From: an uncultured virus (IMG/VR IMGVR_UViG_3300025652_000046) | Taxonomy: Duplodnaviria; Heunggongvirae; Uroviricota; Caudoviricetes | Strand: one strand, 5' to 3' | Length of the DNA: 64,000 bases | Virus record (IMG/VR): IMGVR_UViG_3300025652_000046 | Part shown: one piece after another, positions 46,267 to 55,640 of the stretch | How positions within the stretch are numbered: the stretch's first letter is position 1 | Layout: every line of letters starts with the position of its first letter | The notes under the pieces: generated by a model | Database searches by the model: none | What the model saw: the letters and a program-made list of their open reading frames with translations, nothing else | Told to the model about the DNA's origin: nothing | Program-made: the position numbers and the translations under genes

Positions 46267-46817
46267 TATTTTTTACCCCATTTGACTTCTGTTTCTTTAG
46301 CAGCGGCGTATACCAGATCCATTGAGGAATCGAATACATCGATGTTACGTTGATAATTTTTATCTGTCATACGATTGTTAGTCCTGTCCAATGCTGCGAA
46401 GGGGGAAGAACATTCTATAACGGCATTCTTTGATCCTTCTGCTGGATTGGTTTCGATCGAGACACCATCGATACGTCCTTTGTAGACTGTATCAAGGTCT
46501 GTGTAGTTTCCCTCAATACCTAATCGAACGGTAACAGGGGTACCTAATGCGTTTGCATCAAAGTAAGCCTTAAATTCATTATTGAAATCTAGTAATTTAA
46601 TACGATATACTTCTCTATCAAGTATAGAAGTAAGTCGAGGTGGTTCAAGTTCAGATAAACCGCCATCGGATATATAAGTATTACCACCAACATCTATGCT
46701 GAAAGGTAGATCGGTTAACCTAACAGTGCCGCCAGTAAACTCCATATCGAGTAGGAGGTAGGGCTGTGATAATCCTGATACTAAAGCAGAAATTATTGAG
46801 CTGGGTGTATTTTTCAT
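46266..46817 (-). CDS. Minor tail / tail tip protein (gpL-like position)
   Basis: RLTD......G.TY, Y.GRID, IEC.SP; lies between Dit and the tip protein. Confidence 0.75.
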   Translation of the reverse strand: MKNTPSSIISALVSGLSQPYLLLDMEFTGGTVRLTDLPFSIDVGGNTYISDGGLSELEPPRLTSILDREVYRIKLLDFNNEFKAYFDANALGTPVTVRLGIEGNYTDLDTVYKGRIDGVSIETNPAEGSKNAVIECSSPFAALDRTNNRMTDKNYQRNIDVFDSSMDLVYAAAKETEVKWGKK

Positions 46818-46944
46818 TTTAAATTCTCTCTTTTGAATGTATATCCCTTTGTGGGTTGTGATATGCGCGCCTCTTTATGTACACAGTATATTACTGTTTT
46901 CATAAGTTTCTCCTTTAAAAAGAGAGAGGCCCGGAGACCACTAT

Positions 46945-47562
46945 CTATAATGCTTCAATGAGGTTTATTGTTCCCATCTCGGATAGGATGCCATCAGTGT
47001 AAGTGATGCCCTGTACGTTAGTTATATCTCTATAAGCCGTGAATGTTATATTGTCTGTTATGTCTCGGTAAAGAAACGAGGTAGCGTTAGGTACCGCTGT
47101 TCTTAAGCTCGGATAAATATTTAGCGTGCCATAACCAGCTCCAGCAGAGGTGGTAGTGCTAGTAACTAAATAAATTTTATCGTGGTTAGCGAACTTTACA
47201 AAACGGCCTTTGTTAATTGTCTCACCCGTAGTCATACCAGTTAATGCAACACTACTATCCCCAGCAGCATGATTTGTAGAAACTGTCAATGCGCTATTAC
47301 TAGTACCTTGTAGTATGGTCTCACCACGAACATTCAGCTGTGGCATTTCGAGATTCACTACATCATGGAACCCTGTAATCATATCTGCAAAGGTAGATGT
47401 AGCATCAGTCATTACTACTTTAAATTCCATCTCCCATCTTTGTGCGCCTTGTTTTACTCTACGGACTTTTAATGTTACAGTATCCGCAGAGAAAACAGGT
47501 TCATTAGATGAGATACGGAATGGAGTTACGATTTCCTGTTCTTGGAAGTAATATACTGCCAT
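46945..47562 (-). CDS. Distal tail protein-like
   Basis: follows tape measure; QRWE, G.F.KF.NH.KIY, I.P.LR. Confidence 0.75.
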   Translation of the reverse strand: MAVYYFQEQEIVTPFRISSNEPVFSADTVTLKVRRVKQGAQRWEMEFKVVMTDATSTFADMITGFHDVVNLEMPQLNVRGETILQGTSNSALTVSTNHAAGDSSVALTGMTTGETINKGRFVKFANHDKIYLVTSTTTSAGAGYGTLNIYPSLRTAVPNATSFLYRDITDNITFTAYRDITNVQGITYTDGILSEMGTINLIEAL

Positions 47563-47573
47563 TCCTTTTCTCC

Positions 47574-50500
47574 TTATTTTCTGTTTTGTTCTTTATTTTG
47601 TTGGTTAACACCTTGAGCGATAGTCGGCATCATACTATAGATTTCTTTCTTAGTTTGACGTGAGATATCACCTGTGACATTAATGCTTATTTGCTGTTGA
47701 TTTCCTGCTTGTCCATTTCTTGAACGGTCAAGTTCACCGAAAAGATTAGATTGCTGCCTTTTGTTGAGAATCATTTCCCCACCATGAGCAATTACAGGAG
47801 TAGGTCCGCCACCAGGTACTAAGCCGCCATCATTGAAGAATCCACCAATAGCAGAGAATATACCGCCGCCACCTTCACCGCCGCCAAATAAGCCGCCAAG
47901 AGAACCTAGTAGATCACCACCACCTCCACCGCCGCCAAATAAGCCGCCAAGAGAACTTAGTAAGCCACTGAAAACACCGCCAAAGCCACCGAGTAGCCCA
48001 TCGAACAAGCCACCTAATCCGGGTAAAAAGCCATCGAATATTTTACCGATGCTACCAGCACCTGCGTCCATACCTGCTTCTACTCCTTCACCTGCTCCTT
48101 CAGCAGCACCTGCGCCGCCTCCTGTGAAAGCTGCGAAAGCGCCACCTGTGTAATCTTTAGCACTACCACCTTCGCTTTTGTCTCCTGCGAAAGCTGCGAA
48201 AGCGCCACCTGTGTAATCTCCGGCACTGCCACCTTTACTTGGTGCTTTATCTTCCTTTCCACCGCCAAAGCCAAAGATTCCGCCAAGAGAAGAGAGTATA
48301 CCACCGCCTTCCTCGCCGCCAAAACCTAGCATGCCTATATCAGAAAACATAGTTTCTAGTGCTTTTGAGAAATCGCTAGCTTCACCGTCTACGTTATTAA
48401 AGATACTTTCAGTAATACCACTAGCTAAAGTATCTAATACAGTACCCGTGAAAGAGTCTAACAGACCATTTGCAAAACCCTTAAAGTCAGTCTCGCCTTT
48501 AAGCAGACCTCCGATACCTGATTCTACATCTCCCTTAATTTTACCAACTCCTTTTGAAGCCAGTGCTGCAATTGCGGGAATCACTACCTTAGTATTTTCT
48601 GCAACATCTTCGAGGATAGCAGATACATTTCCTAATTGGGTGATAAGGTCGTTATCCAAGATTTTAAGTTGGCTTAACAGTTGGAGAGGTACTTTCTCGT
48701 TACGCTTCTCCATCTCAAAAATCTTAGCTTGTACCTTATTACGACTATCGCTAAGATCCAAAAGTCTCTTAGTCAAGCTAGCATTTTCAGCAAGTTCTTT
48801 TGCTAAGACGTCAGTGTCTAGTGTTTGATCTGATAACGTTTTAGTCAACGAGATAATGAGATCATCAGCGCTAAATATACTATCACTAGCCTTTGAACTA
48901 TCTCCACCGAAAGCATTAAAACCTTTTAAGATAGTATCTTTTAATCCAGAGATAACCTTAGATACACTGGCATAGTTCTCTTTACCAAGAAGAGACTCAA
49001 GCATGGACCCTAATGATTCAAGTGCCGACATGAATAAATCACCCATTCCACTTAACACACCGCCACCGCCAGAAGAGGTTGCACTGCTAGAGCTACCTAC
49101 ACTACCGCCACCAGCGAAACCTGGAAGTTTACCTGTGGAGTTAAGCTGTTCTAAGAAGGGGCGATGTTCAGATGCCACTGATGTCTTCATGACAAACTCG
49201 CCATTAGACAACATAGCGGGAATAGAATCTGAAGTAGCTGAGCCTGCACCAAATACAGAACCGCCATTTGCACGTTTAACAGGTGCTATAGGTTTTTCAT
49301 TTGTTTTAGTGTCTGATCCACCGCCGAAACCGAAGGCACTCTTGATGTAAGAGAGGATAGTAGAACCCATCTCCGAAGCGAGGTCTACTAGACCACTTAA
49401 ACCATCGAGTATGGAATCCGCGAAAGTAGTACCTGCTTCTTTTAACCACGTCATACCTTCAAATATAGCACCACCTAGTTTACGACCTACCTCCTCGAGG
49501 AAGTCAAATCCAGCTCTAATGTATCCCATCAGAACTTCGCCTGCTGCCATTATCTCATCGCTAAGCAGGTATGCAATAACGGCAATTGCCCCTACAAGTG
49601 CTGCTACAAGTCCAATAACAAGAAGAGCCATACCACTTATCGGAGCCATTGCTAATAAGAATGCAGCGCCTTGGACAGCAGCGAGGAAAACAAGTGAGGA
49701 CGCTGTCATTATAGAGGAAGCTGCTAGCGTAATAGCTGCGCCTGCGGTAGCTCCTGCGATCTGTGCGCCTATCATAATGGCTCTTACGGCTACGAATGAG
49801 GCCATAATGCCAACTCTCAGAGCTGCTGCGCCCGCTAAAATGCCTACACGCATAGCAACCAGGAGAGTTTTTGTAAGTAATACGAAGCCCTTACCGATGA
49901 ATAGTAATGCCTTACCTGCGCCAACAAACACACTCGTAATCATTGGGGTTAGTAGGCCTGTAATTAGCATCTGAAATGTAGCAGCGGTCACTTGAAAGAT
50001 CGCCTGAACAATACTCCCTACTATTAGTTGTCCAAGCTGTGCTGCTATGAGAACACTAATCATAGTCTCAGCGCTGTTCATGCCAAATGTCTTAGCGGCT
50101 TTAGCCATCATACCCGCGCCCAGGAAACCACCTACCGTTCCACCTATCATTCCGCCTAACCTACCGAAAGCACCGATAGCTGCGGATAGTGTTTCTTTGA
50201 GCCTAGAATTAGGACCGTCTAGTAGTTGTGAGTTAATCTGCAACTTCTTTTGGTTCATTTGTATCGAATTAACAAGTTTGGTGGTTTCGGCTTTCTCTTG
50301 CGCTTTCAGCCCAACTAGCTCCTGGTTTATCTTATTGGCTCTCGCTGACGTAGTAGCTAATCCTGATAACTCAGATTCTAATCTCAGTTTCTGTCCTCGT
50401 ATAGATTCTTTTAAACCTCCAAGTTCGGCGTTTAACAGCTGGCCTTGGGCTTGTAGTCCTCGAATAAAACCGCCAGCCGCTCTTCCTTGCCAAACATCGC

Positions 50501-52325
50501 CGAGGTTTTGACCCACGGCTTTAGTAGCACCGCCGAGGGGGTTAAGTATGCTTGAACCACCTGTCGCTCCTGCGGCTACCATAGTTTTTATAGCAGCAAC
50601 CAGGATAGGTAAGCTCGCCGCAACGGCTATTATGTTCTCACTAAGGAAGTTCATTACCTTTTCTAGACTATCAGTAGGCATTAAAGGTGCTGCACCTGAG
50701 ACAAGCGCGCTAATCCCGTGAGCGATAGTTAACAAAATGTTTACTTGACTCTCAAGAAGCTCATTCATTGGACCAGAAGAGGTAGCTCTTCCCATATCAA
50801 ATGAGTCTACAATACCTATGAGGTAAGCCCCGACTACTCCAATGAAAGCAGTAGCAATCTTAGCGCCTAAGGAGCCAGCGAAGCCTCCTCCTATAACTGC
50901 TATCGCGAAAGCAGCGGTCAAGGCAGCAGCTAGTGCTCCAATTATCCCTACTACAGCAAAAGAAGTTAATTTGTTTACAAAAAGTTTAATACCATTTTGT
51001 ATCTTTTTTAGGAAGGTTTGGAAACCTTCGGTACTAGGGAAAACTATACCTTCAAATGCATCCTTTATCTTATCTCGCAAACTAGCGAAGATGCCACCTG
51101 CTTTAGCTGCAAACGAATTAACTTTAGTTGCTGCTTTGTTTAAGTTGTCTGTGTAATCAACTACCCCATTTACTAGGTCCGGCCAAGTAGAGTTACCTAC
51201 AATTTCGATATACAAGTCGTAGAAGATAGTACCTACGCTCTTTGCAAAAGATTTAACCGCATCAAGAGCGCCGAATAGGCGACTAGCGTAAGAAACTACT
51301 CCGTCTACCATACGCTTAAAGCTATTTACAACAGCGCCTTCTAGGCTTCCAAACTCTAATTTAAGTAGTAAGATATCTGTTTGTATAACTCTTAGGAACA
51401 CTGATATATTGTCAATAGCGTTAGTGATTCCTGCTGTTAAGTTCTGTACAATATCCTCTCCACCAGTAATTGTTTTGAGGGTATCTGAGACTGTGCCAAA
51501 CAGTCTATTCAGAGAGATACCGAGTTCTCTACCAGAGTTTGCAATGATCTGGTTAAAAGGAATTTTCAGAGTAGCAAATTCTGCTTCAATATCATCCTTG
51601 GCATTAAGTAATGCGTTAGCTACTGTATCTCCAGAAATCTTTCCTTCTTCGGCAAGCTTCTTCAGTTGGCCAACGGTTGTTTTCAACTCCTTAGCGATTG
51701 CTTGTGCAATACGCGGAGTTCCTTCAAGTACAGAGTTAAGCTCGTCACCTCTGAGAGTACCCGCTGCTAAGCCTTGTTGTAGCTGCGTTAGGGAAGCAGA
51801 GATTGTTGCTGCAGGACCACCACCAATTTTACCTGCCTTGATGAGCACTTCGGTAAGCGCAGTGGCTTCTTTTCTGCCACGTTGCGCGTTGACAACTAAG
51901 CTTGAATATAAGTTGACTGTAGTTTCTAAATCAACATTGCTCCTACGAGCTATGCCGAATAGTTTTTGTTGTTGTACGACTAATTGCCCTGTTCTACCTG
52001 TAGTAAGTGCAATTCTGTTATTGAGTTCTGTAAACTGTGAGCTTAGGCTAGAGATTCCTCCTGCCGCAAGCAGACTTGTGATAAGCCCCCCGGTGATCTT
52101 AGCAAAGGTGCTAAGGCTGCGTACTGTGTTTTGTAAGCTTTTACCGGATTTTTCTACATTTTTGTTTATGGCCTTTAGATCATTAGAGACATCTTTAGAA
52201 AAGCTGGATATTTCTGCACCGCTTTTCCTTACAGAAGTAGGGAGTTCATCGAGAGTTGACAGAAGGCGCTTAAGACTAGCTTCAGCCTGTTTAGAATTAC
52301 TTTTGATTTCAATTTCTAAACTCAT
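47574..52325 (-). CDS. Tape measure protein
   Basis: QLQQGLA.G.LRGDELNSVLE N-terminal tape-measure motif; A/G-rich helical body; SDSIPAMLSNGEFV. Confidence 0.95.
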   Translation of the reverse strand: MSLEIEIKSNSKQAEASLKRLLSTLDELPTSVRKSGAEISSFSKDVSNDLKAINKNVEKSGKSLQNTVRSLSTFAKITGGLITSLLAAGGISSLSSQFTELNNRIALTTGRTGQLVVQQQKLFGIARRSNVDLETTVNLYSSLVVNAQRGRKEATALTEVLIKAGKIGGGPAATISASLTQLQQGLAAGTLRGDELNSVLEGTPRIAQAIAKELKTTVGQLKKLAEEGKISGDTVANALLNAKDDIEAEFATLKIPFNQIIANSGRELGISLNRLFGTVSDTLKTITGGEDIVQNLTAGITNAIDNISVFLRVIQTDILLLKLEFGSLEGAVVNSFKRMVDGVVSYASRLFGALDAVKSFAKSVGTIFYDLYIEIVGNSTWPDLVNGVVDYTDNLNKAATKVNSFAAKAGGIFASLRDKIKDAFEGIVFPSTEGFQTFLKKIQNGIKLFVNKLTSFAVVGIIGALAAALTAAFAIAVIGGGFAGSLGAKIATAFIGVVGAYLIGIVDSFDMGRATSSGPMNELLESQVNILLTIAHGISALVSGAAPLMPTDSLEKVMNFLSENIIAVAASLPILVAAIKTMVAAGATGGSSILNPLGGATKAVGQNLGDVWQGRAAGGFIRGLQAQGQLLNAELGGLKESIRGQKLRLESELSGLATTSARANKINQELVGLKAQEKAETTKLVNSIQMNQKKLQINSQLLDGPNSRLKETLSAAIGAFGRLGGMIGGTVGGFLGAGMMAKAAKTFGMNSAETMISVLIAAQLGQLIVGSIVQAIFQVTAATFQMLITGLLTPMITSVFVGAGKALLFIGKGFVLLTKTLLVAMRVGILAGAAALRVGIMASFVAVRAIMIGAQIAGATAGAAITLAASSIMTASSLVFLAAVQGAAFLLAMAPISGMALLVIGLVAALVGAIAVIAYLLSDEIMAAGEVLMGYIRAGFDFLEEVGRKLGGAIFEGMTWLKEAGTTFADSILDGLSGLVDLASEMGSTILSYIKSAFGFGGGSDTKTNEKPIAPVKRANGGSVFGAGSATSDSIPAMLSNGEFVMKTSVASEHRPFLEQLNSTGKLPGFAGGGSVGSSSSATSSGGGGVLSGMGDLFMSALESLGSMLESLLGKENYASVSKVISGLKDTILKGFNAFGGDSSKASDSIFSADDLIISLTKTLSDQTLDTDVLAKELAENASLTKRLLDLSDSRNKVQAKIFEMEKRNEKVPLQLLSQLKILDNDLITQLGNVSAILEDVAENTKVVIPAIAALASKGVGKIKGDVESGIGGLLKGETDFKGFANGLLDSFTGTVLDTLASGITESIFNNVDGEASDFSKALETMFSDIGMLGFGGEEGGGILSSLGGIFGFGGGKEDKAPSKGGSAGDYTGGAFAAFAGDKSEGGSAKDYTGGAFAAFTGGGAGAAEGAGEGVEAGMDAGAGSIGKIFDGFLPGLGGLFDGLLGGFGGVFSGLLSSLGGLFGGGGGGGDLLGSLGGLFGGGEGGGGIFSAIGGFFNDGGLVPGGGPTPVIAHGGEMILNKRQQSNLFGELDRSRNGQAGNQQQISINVTGDISRQTKKEIYSMMPTIAQGVNQQNKEQNRK

Positions 52326-52342
52326 TGATATGCCTCCGATGG

Positions 52343-52380
52343 AAAAAAAAAAAAGACCCCCAAGATTAGTTCCAGGGGGC
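52343..52380 (-). terminator. Terminator-like hairpin upstream of the tape measure gene
   Basis: gccccctgga...tcttgggggtc + T12 on the minus strand. Confidence 0.65.
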
Positions 52381-52385
52381 AGTTG

Positions 52386-52787
52386 TTATGTACTTCTTGC
52401 GACTGTGCCTTTAATTTTGAAATACTTTGAAATAGTAGTTTCAATAAAGCGGACAGGAGCTTGAAGGGATGACCCTGCGTTCAGGTCTAGTATGTAAGGT
52501 GTACCATTAGTGATATAAAGCGTTTCTATTACGTTTGTAGGTACTGGACCGAGCCTTATGGTAGGGTTGGCTGAAAAGACACCCCCTTGACTATCGATCA
52601 GTTCCTTAGAGGTATTCAAAGCCCAAGCACTTCTTGCGCGACCCGAGTCTACAGGAGTGTTGTATGCAAGCTCTGTAATGGCCTGAAAAGCAGATATCCG
52701 CTGAGATTGATTTATTAACTTCGTATATTCTTCATTCAACTCGCGTCTAACACTTTCAAAGTTTTTTAATTTTATTGTATATGCCAT
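52386..52787 (-). CDS. HK97 gp10-like tail completion protein
   Basis: TPVDSGRARSAW, YITN..PYI..LN.GSS.QAP. Confidence 0.85.
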   Translation of the reverse strand: MAYTIKLKNFESVRRELNEEYTKLINQSQRISAFQAITELAYNTPVDSGRARSAWALNTSKELIDSQGGVFSANPTIRLGPVPTNVIETLYITNGTPYILDLNAGSSLQAPVRFIETTISKYFKIKGTVARST

Positions 52788-52798
52788 TATAATCTCCT

Positions 52799-53101
52799 TT
52801 ATTTATGAGCAGATTGCAGCATAGCTCCAAAGATAGATTTCTTAAGAGTAGTTTGCATCACTTCTTGATCAGAGCGTTTAGCTTCCGAGTCCTTAAGTGC
52901 TTTTAAGGTAGGGAACATTTCAGGACCGCTTTGCTTAACACCTTGCGCGTTTAGCAACATAGAGGTTCTGTTGTCGTCTCTCCAACCGATAGGTCTTGCT
53001 TCTAGAAAGAGCGCCCACTGTTGTAGTTCTTTAGCAGGCATCTCGTCTAATATTTGATAAACAGGCATACCTAAATGGAATGCCAGTTCAAACACAAACA
53101 T
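52799..53101 (-). CDS. Tail assembly chaperone, gpT-like part reached by -1 frameshift
   Basis: LA..LGM.V..I...M...EL..W; in the -1 frame after GGGAAAC. Confidence 0.8.
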   Translation of the reverse strand: MFVFELAFHLGMPVYQILDEMPAKELQQWALFLEARPIGWRDDNRTSMLLNAQGVKQSGPEMFPTLKALKDSEAKRSDQEVMQTTLKKSIFGAMLQSAHK

Positions 53102-53112
53102 GTCTTCGGGGT

Positions 53113-53409
53113 CTAACCGTTTCCCAAATCAACACCGCCGCCCATAATGGACTGCGATAAAGTGGATAGTTCTAAGATAGGGAAAGAGTCTATTTCTTCG
53201 TCAGTAAGTTCTTCTGCACCGACAACGGCGATACGGACTACTTTACGTAGCAAGCTAAGGTGGTCTCTATCCTGTTCTGGAAGAGCGTTGACTTCCTTAG
53301 ATATGGCTTCGATTTCACGAGCTTGTCCTACAGTTAAGCTACGTACTTCAACTTCTTCGCCCATGAAGGGTACTTTCTTTGTGATTTGTTTACCGATTAA
53401 ATGTTTCAT
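53113..53409 (-). CDS. Tail assembly chaperone gpG-like
   Basis: between major tail and tape measure genes; ends at the slippery site. Confidence 0.8.
   Translation of the reverse strand: MKHLIGKQITKKVPFMGEEVEVRSLTVGQAREIEAISKEVNALPEQDRDHLSLLRKVVRIAVVGAEELTDEEIDSFPILELSTLSQSIMGGGVDLGNG
53119..53125 (-). other. Programmed -1 frameshift slippery heptamer G GGA AAC
   Basis: X XXY YYZ in the correct frame; -1 frame reads RLDPEDMFVFEL into the next ORF. Confidence 0.85.
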
Positions 53410-53413
53410 GTTG

Positions 53414-53662
53414 TTATCCTTTATCAAATAAATGTTTGTTATGCTCTTGGAATTCATCCAAAAGGTTATGCATCTTGTTTAACACGTCAAGTGTTTCGAA
53501 TATCTCAGTACGTTTTTCTACGTGGTCAGGGTTAGTCTCATCAGAGAAATCCTTGAACCTATCGAAGGTCTTACGTGAACTGAAATCAATATCTTTCTTC
53601 ATATTACGTAGTGTAGTTTGAAGAACAAAACCTTTGTCAAAAGGTGGTTTGTCGTTATTCAT
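53414..53662 (-). CDS. Hypothetical protein
   Basis: AGGA RBS, in the tail operon. Confidence 0.65.
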   Translation of the reverse strand: MNNDKPPFDKGFVLQTTLRNMKKDIDFSSRKTFDRFKDFSDETNPDHVEKRTEIFETLDVLNKMHNLLDEFQEHNKHLFDKG

Positions 53663-53677
53663 ATTAGTATCCTAGTA

Positions 53678-53707
53678 TAAAAAAGTAGAGAGCCGAAAGA
53701 CTCTCCC
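53678..53707 (-). terminator. Terminator after the major tail gene
   Basis: gagagtc-tttc-ggctctc + tacttttt. Confidence 0.65.
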
Positions 53708-53728
53708 TCTTGATTAATGTTGTTTTAC

Positions 53729-54340
53729 TTATGCAGGAAGTGCGTAAGTAGAAGTAGTTATATCTGCTACTAAGCTAAATGGACCGTTGAAATCGCCTTC
53801 GATTGTTACAGCAATAGTTGCCTGTAATGAATCAGATAATGAAGGAGAGATTTCGAATGATGCAATAGTACCAAAGAAATAGAAATCAGCAAATTTATCA
53901 ACGTTATCAGCTGTTAAAACACCAGCTGCGTCAGTAGTAACATCCGCATCAGTAATACGTACGCGATAACATAAACGAGTATTTGCTTTACGCAATACGT
54001 CTAGGTTAGCGTGAGCTGAAGGAACGTAGTTTACAGTGAATTCCAAAGAAGGAGCATCAGACTGACCAGATACCTGGCTTGAAGTTGCTTGTCCGTATAC
54101 TGGAACGTTTACGATGTTTGCCGGGGTACCTAAGCTAGGGAACTCACGGATGTTACCAACGTGCTTAACTTCTGCAACGATTGTTTCATCGGTAGGTAAT
54201 TCGGTTGCAAGAATAGTTACGCTGTTATCTGCAAAAAGAGCGTGTAAGTCTACTGCCGCTGACTTTGCGTCATTAGCGGTGTTTTCTACAAAATCTAAAG
54301 TAGTAAACTTAGATGCACCGATAGATGTGATATGTGCCAT
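53729..54340 (-). CDS. Major tail tube protein
   Basis: VREFP-like NIREFPSLG.PAN..NVP.YG, GQSDAP.LEFT.NY; position. Confidence 0.85.
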   Translation of the reverse strand: MAHITSIGASKFTTLDFVENTANDAKSAAVDLHALFADNSVTILATELPTDETIVAEVKHVGNIREFPSLGTPANIVNVPVYGQATSSQVSGQSDAPSLEFTVNYVPSAHANLDVLRKANTRLCYRVRITDADVTTDAAGVLTADNVDKFADFYFFGTIASFEISPSLSDSLQATIAVTIEGDFNGPFSLVADITTSTYALPA

Positions 54341-54352
54341 TATTAACCTCTG

Positions 54353-54748
54353 TTAATTAAAATAGTTAAAGTCTACAGAATAGTCGCCACGAAATAAATC
54401 AGGATTGTCTCGGTCGATACCTAAGACGGATAGTGAACTCTCCCGAGTCCTAGTGCCTGTCCCTAAGTGTTTATTCTGTAATATATTGTCAAGTGAATCT
54501 GCAATTTCCATGAGACGCTTAGTGCCTTGGTTTGCTTTCACGTAGATTTGAATGATAACCTTTCCAAATATGCCTGACCTGTTATAATCAATATCACCAG
54601 TTAATGGTAATACTTCAATTTTAACAAACTCAGTCTTCTGGGCGGGTACCATATAGTTTGAAGGATAAGCAGATATACTGTACGTTGTCCACGAAGGCGT
54701 GGCAAAGACAGATTCTATATCTACTAAGATAGTAGTGTATTTAGACAT
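54353..54748 (-). CDS. Tail terminator-like protein
   Basis: G.VIIQIY....G....E.AD; precedes the major tail gene. Confidence 0.7.
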   Translation of the reverse strand: MSKYTTILVDIESVFATPSWTTYSISAYPSNYMVPAQKTEFVKIEVLPLTGDIDYNRSGIFGKVIIQIYVKANQGTKRLMEIADSLDNILQNKHLGTGTRTRESSLSVLGIDRDNPDLFRGDYSVDFNYFN

Positions 54749-54749
54749 A

Positions 54750-55100
54750 TTATCCCTCCGTTACTAATAGTGTTATTAAACCCGGTTGGTGGGTGAAATT
54801 TATAATTATATGCGATACGCTATCTATTACAACTGTATCGTATAAAGCAGGGCTTGCCAGATCTTTTTCTTTGATATAGACCTCTTTCCGAGGAGCTAAG
54901 ATCTCAGCTTGATTAGGTTCTTGTTTGACAGACATAACGATAGCTTCAATTGAAGTTTCAGTATAAGTGTCAGTAGTTGTACCGGTATCAAAATCGTAGG
55001 TGCCTGTTGCCTTGGTTCGTAATATAACTGTCTCAGCTATATCGCCAACCGCAGTAAATGCTTTATCTACAGCAGAACTTATTTTTTTACGTAAAGACAT
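54750..55100 (-). CDS. Head closure / head-tail joining protein
   Basis: position and size; G.YD..TG motif. Confidence 0.65.
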   Translation of the reverse strand: MSLRKKISSAVDKAFTAVGDIAETVILRTKATGTYDFDTGTTTDTYTETSIEAIVMSVKQEPNQAEILAPRKEVYIKEKDLASPALYDTVVIDSVSHIIINFTHQPGLITLLVTEG

Positions 55101-55103
55101 AAT

Positions 55104-55619
55104 TTAATACCCCCACCAAGAGTTCCCTGCGTTTTGAAGCATAGGTTCAATTGCTCGTCTTACTGTACGAGGGATGCTAGCTGGAGCACTAATATCTTTT
55201 AAAGAAATAGGTCCAACTTTTATATCCGTTATTTCACCAGTAGAATCTAAGAGTCCATCGTTGTTTAACAAGTGATAAGCTAACTCGAAAGCTGCTTGCC
55301 TAATTAAACGAATGTCTCTCTTCAAGTCTACTTCTACTTCATCTTCCTCACTAAAAGTGTAGGTTGATGTAAACGCTATTCTAGAACCTCGCGAGTCATC
55401 TCGGAAGGCTCCAATACGGGGGAAGGCTAAAGCTTGGGAAGCACTTACTGCACTTCCTTGCCAATGCATCTCATCGAGAGTACGTGTGGCAGTCACTAAA
55501 GCCTGTTCTTGTGATCCAAAATCTGCGTTCAACCAAGCAGCAGCATCTAATCGGTCCTCAAAGTAACTGTCCGCTTCACTCAATGTTATATATGAGTTAG
55601 TGCCTTTTATTAATGACAT
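55104..55619 (-). CDS. Head-tail adaptor
   Basis: NSYITL.EAD.YF, AL..AT..LD, Q.L.FPR, KVGPI. Confidence 0.8.
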   Translation of the reverse strand: MSLIKGTNSYITLSEADSYFEDRLDAAAWLNADFGSQEQALVTATRTLDEMHWQGSAVSASQALAFPRIGAFRDDSRGSRIAFTSTYTFSEEDEVEVDLKRDIRLIRQAAFELAYHLLNNDGLLDSTGEITDIKVGPISLKDISAPASIPRTVRRAIEPMLQNAGNSWWGY

Positions 55620-55640
55620 AACAATTACCTCTTAGTTTGA

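Noticed and set aside
48126..48219. 31-nt direct repeat (DYTGGAFAAF twice) in the tape measure gene
   Set aside because: Local in-frame duplication in a low-complexity region; no evidence of special function
47833..52464. Several long plus-strand ORFs (up to 351 aa, some Pro-rich)
   Set aside because: Antisense to the Gly/Ala-rich tape measure gene; a codon-bias by-product
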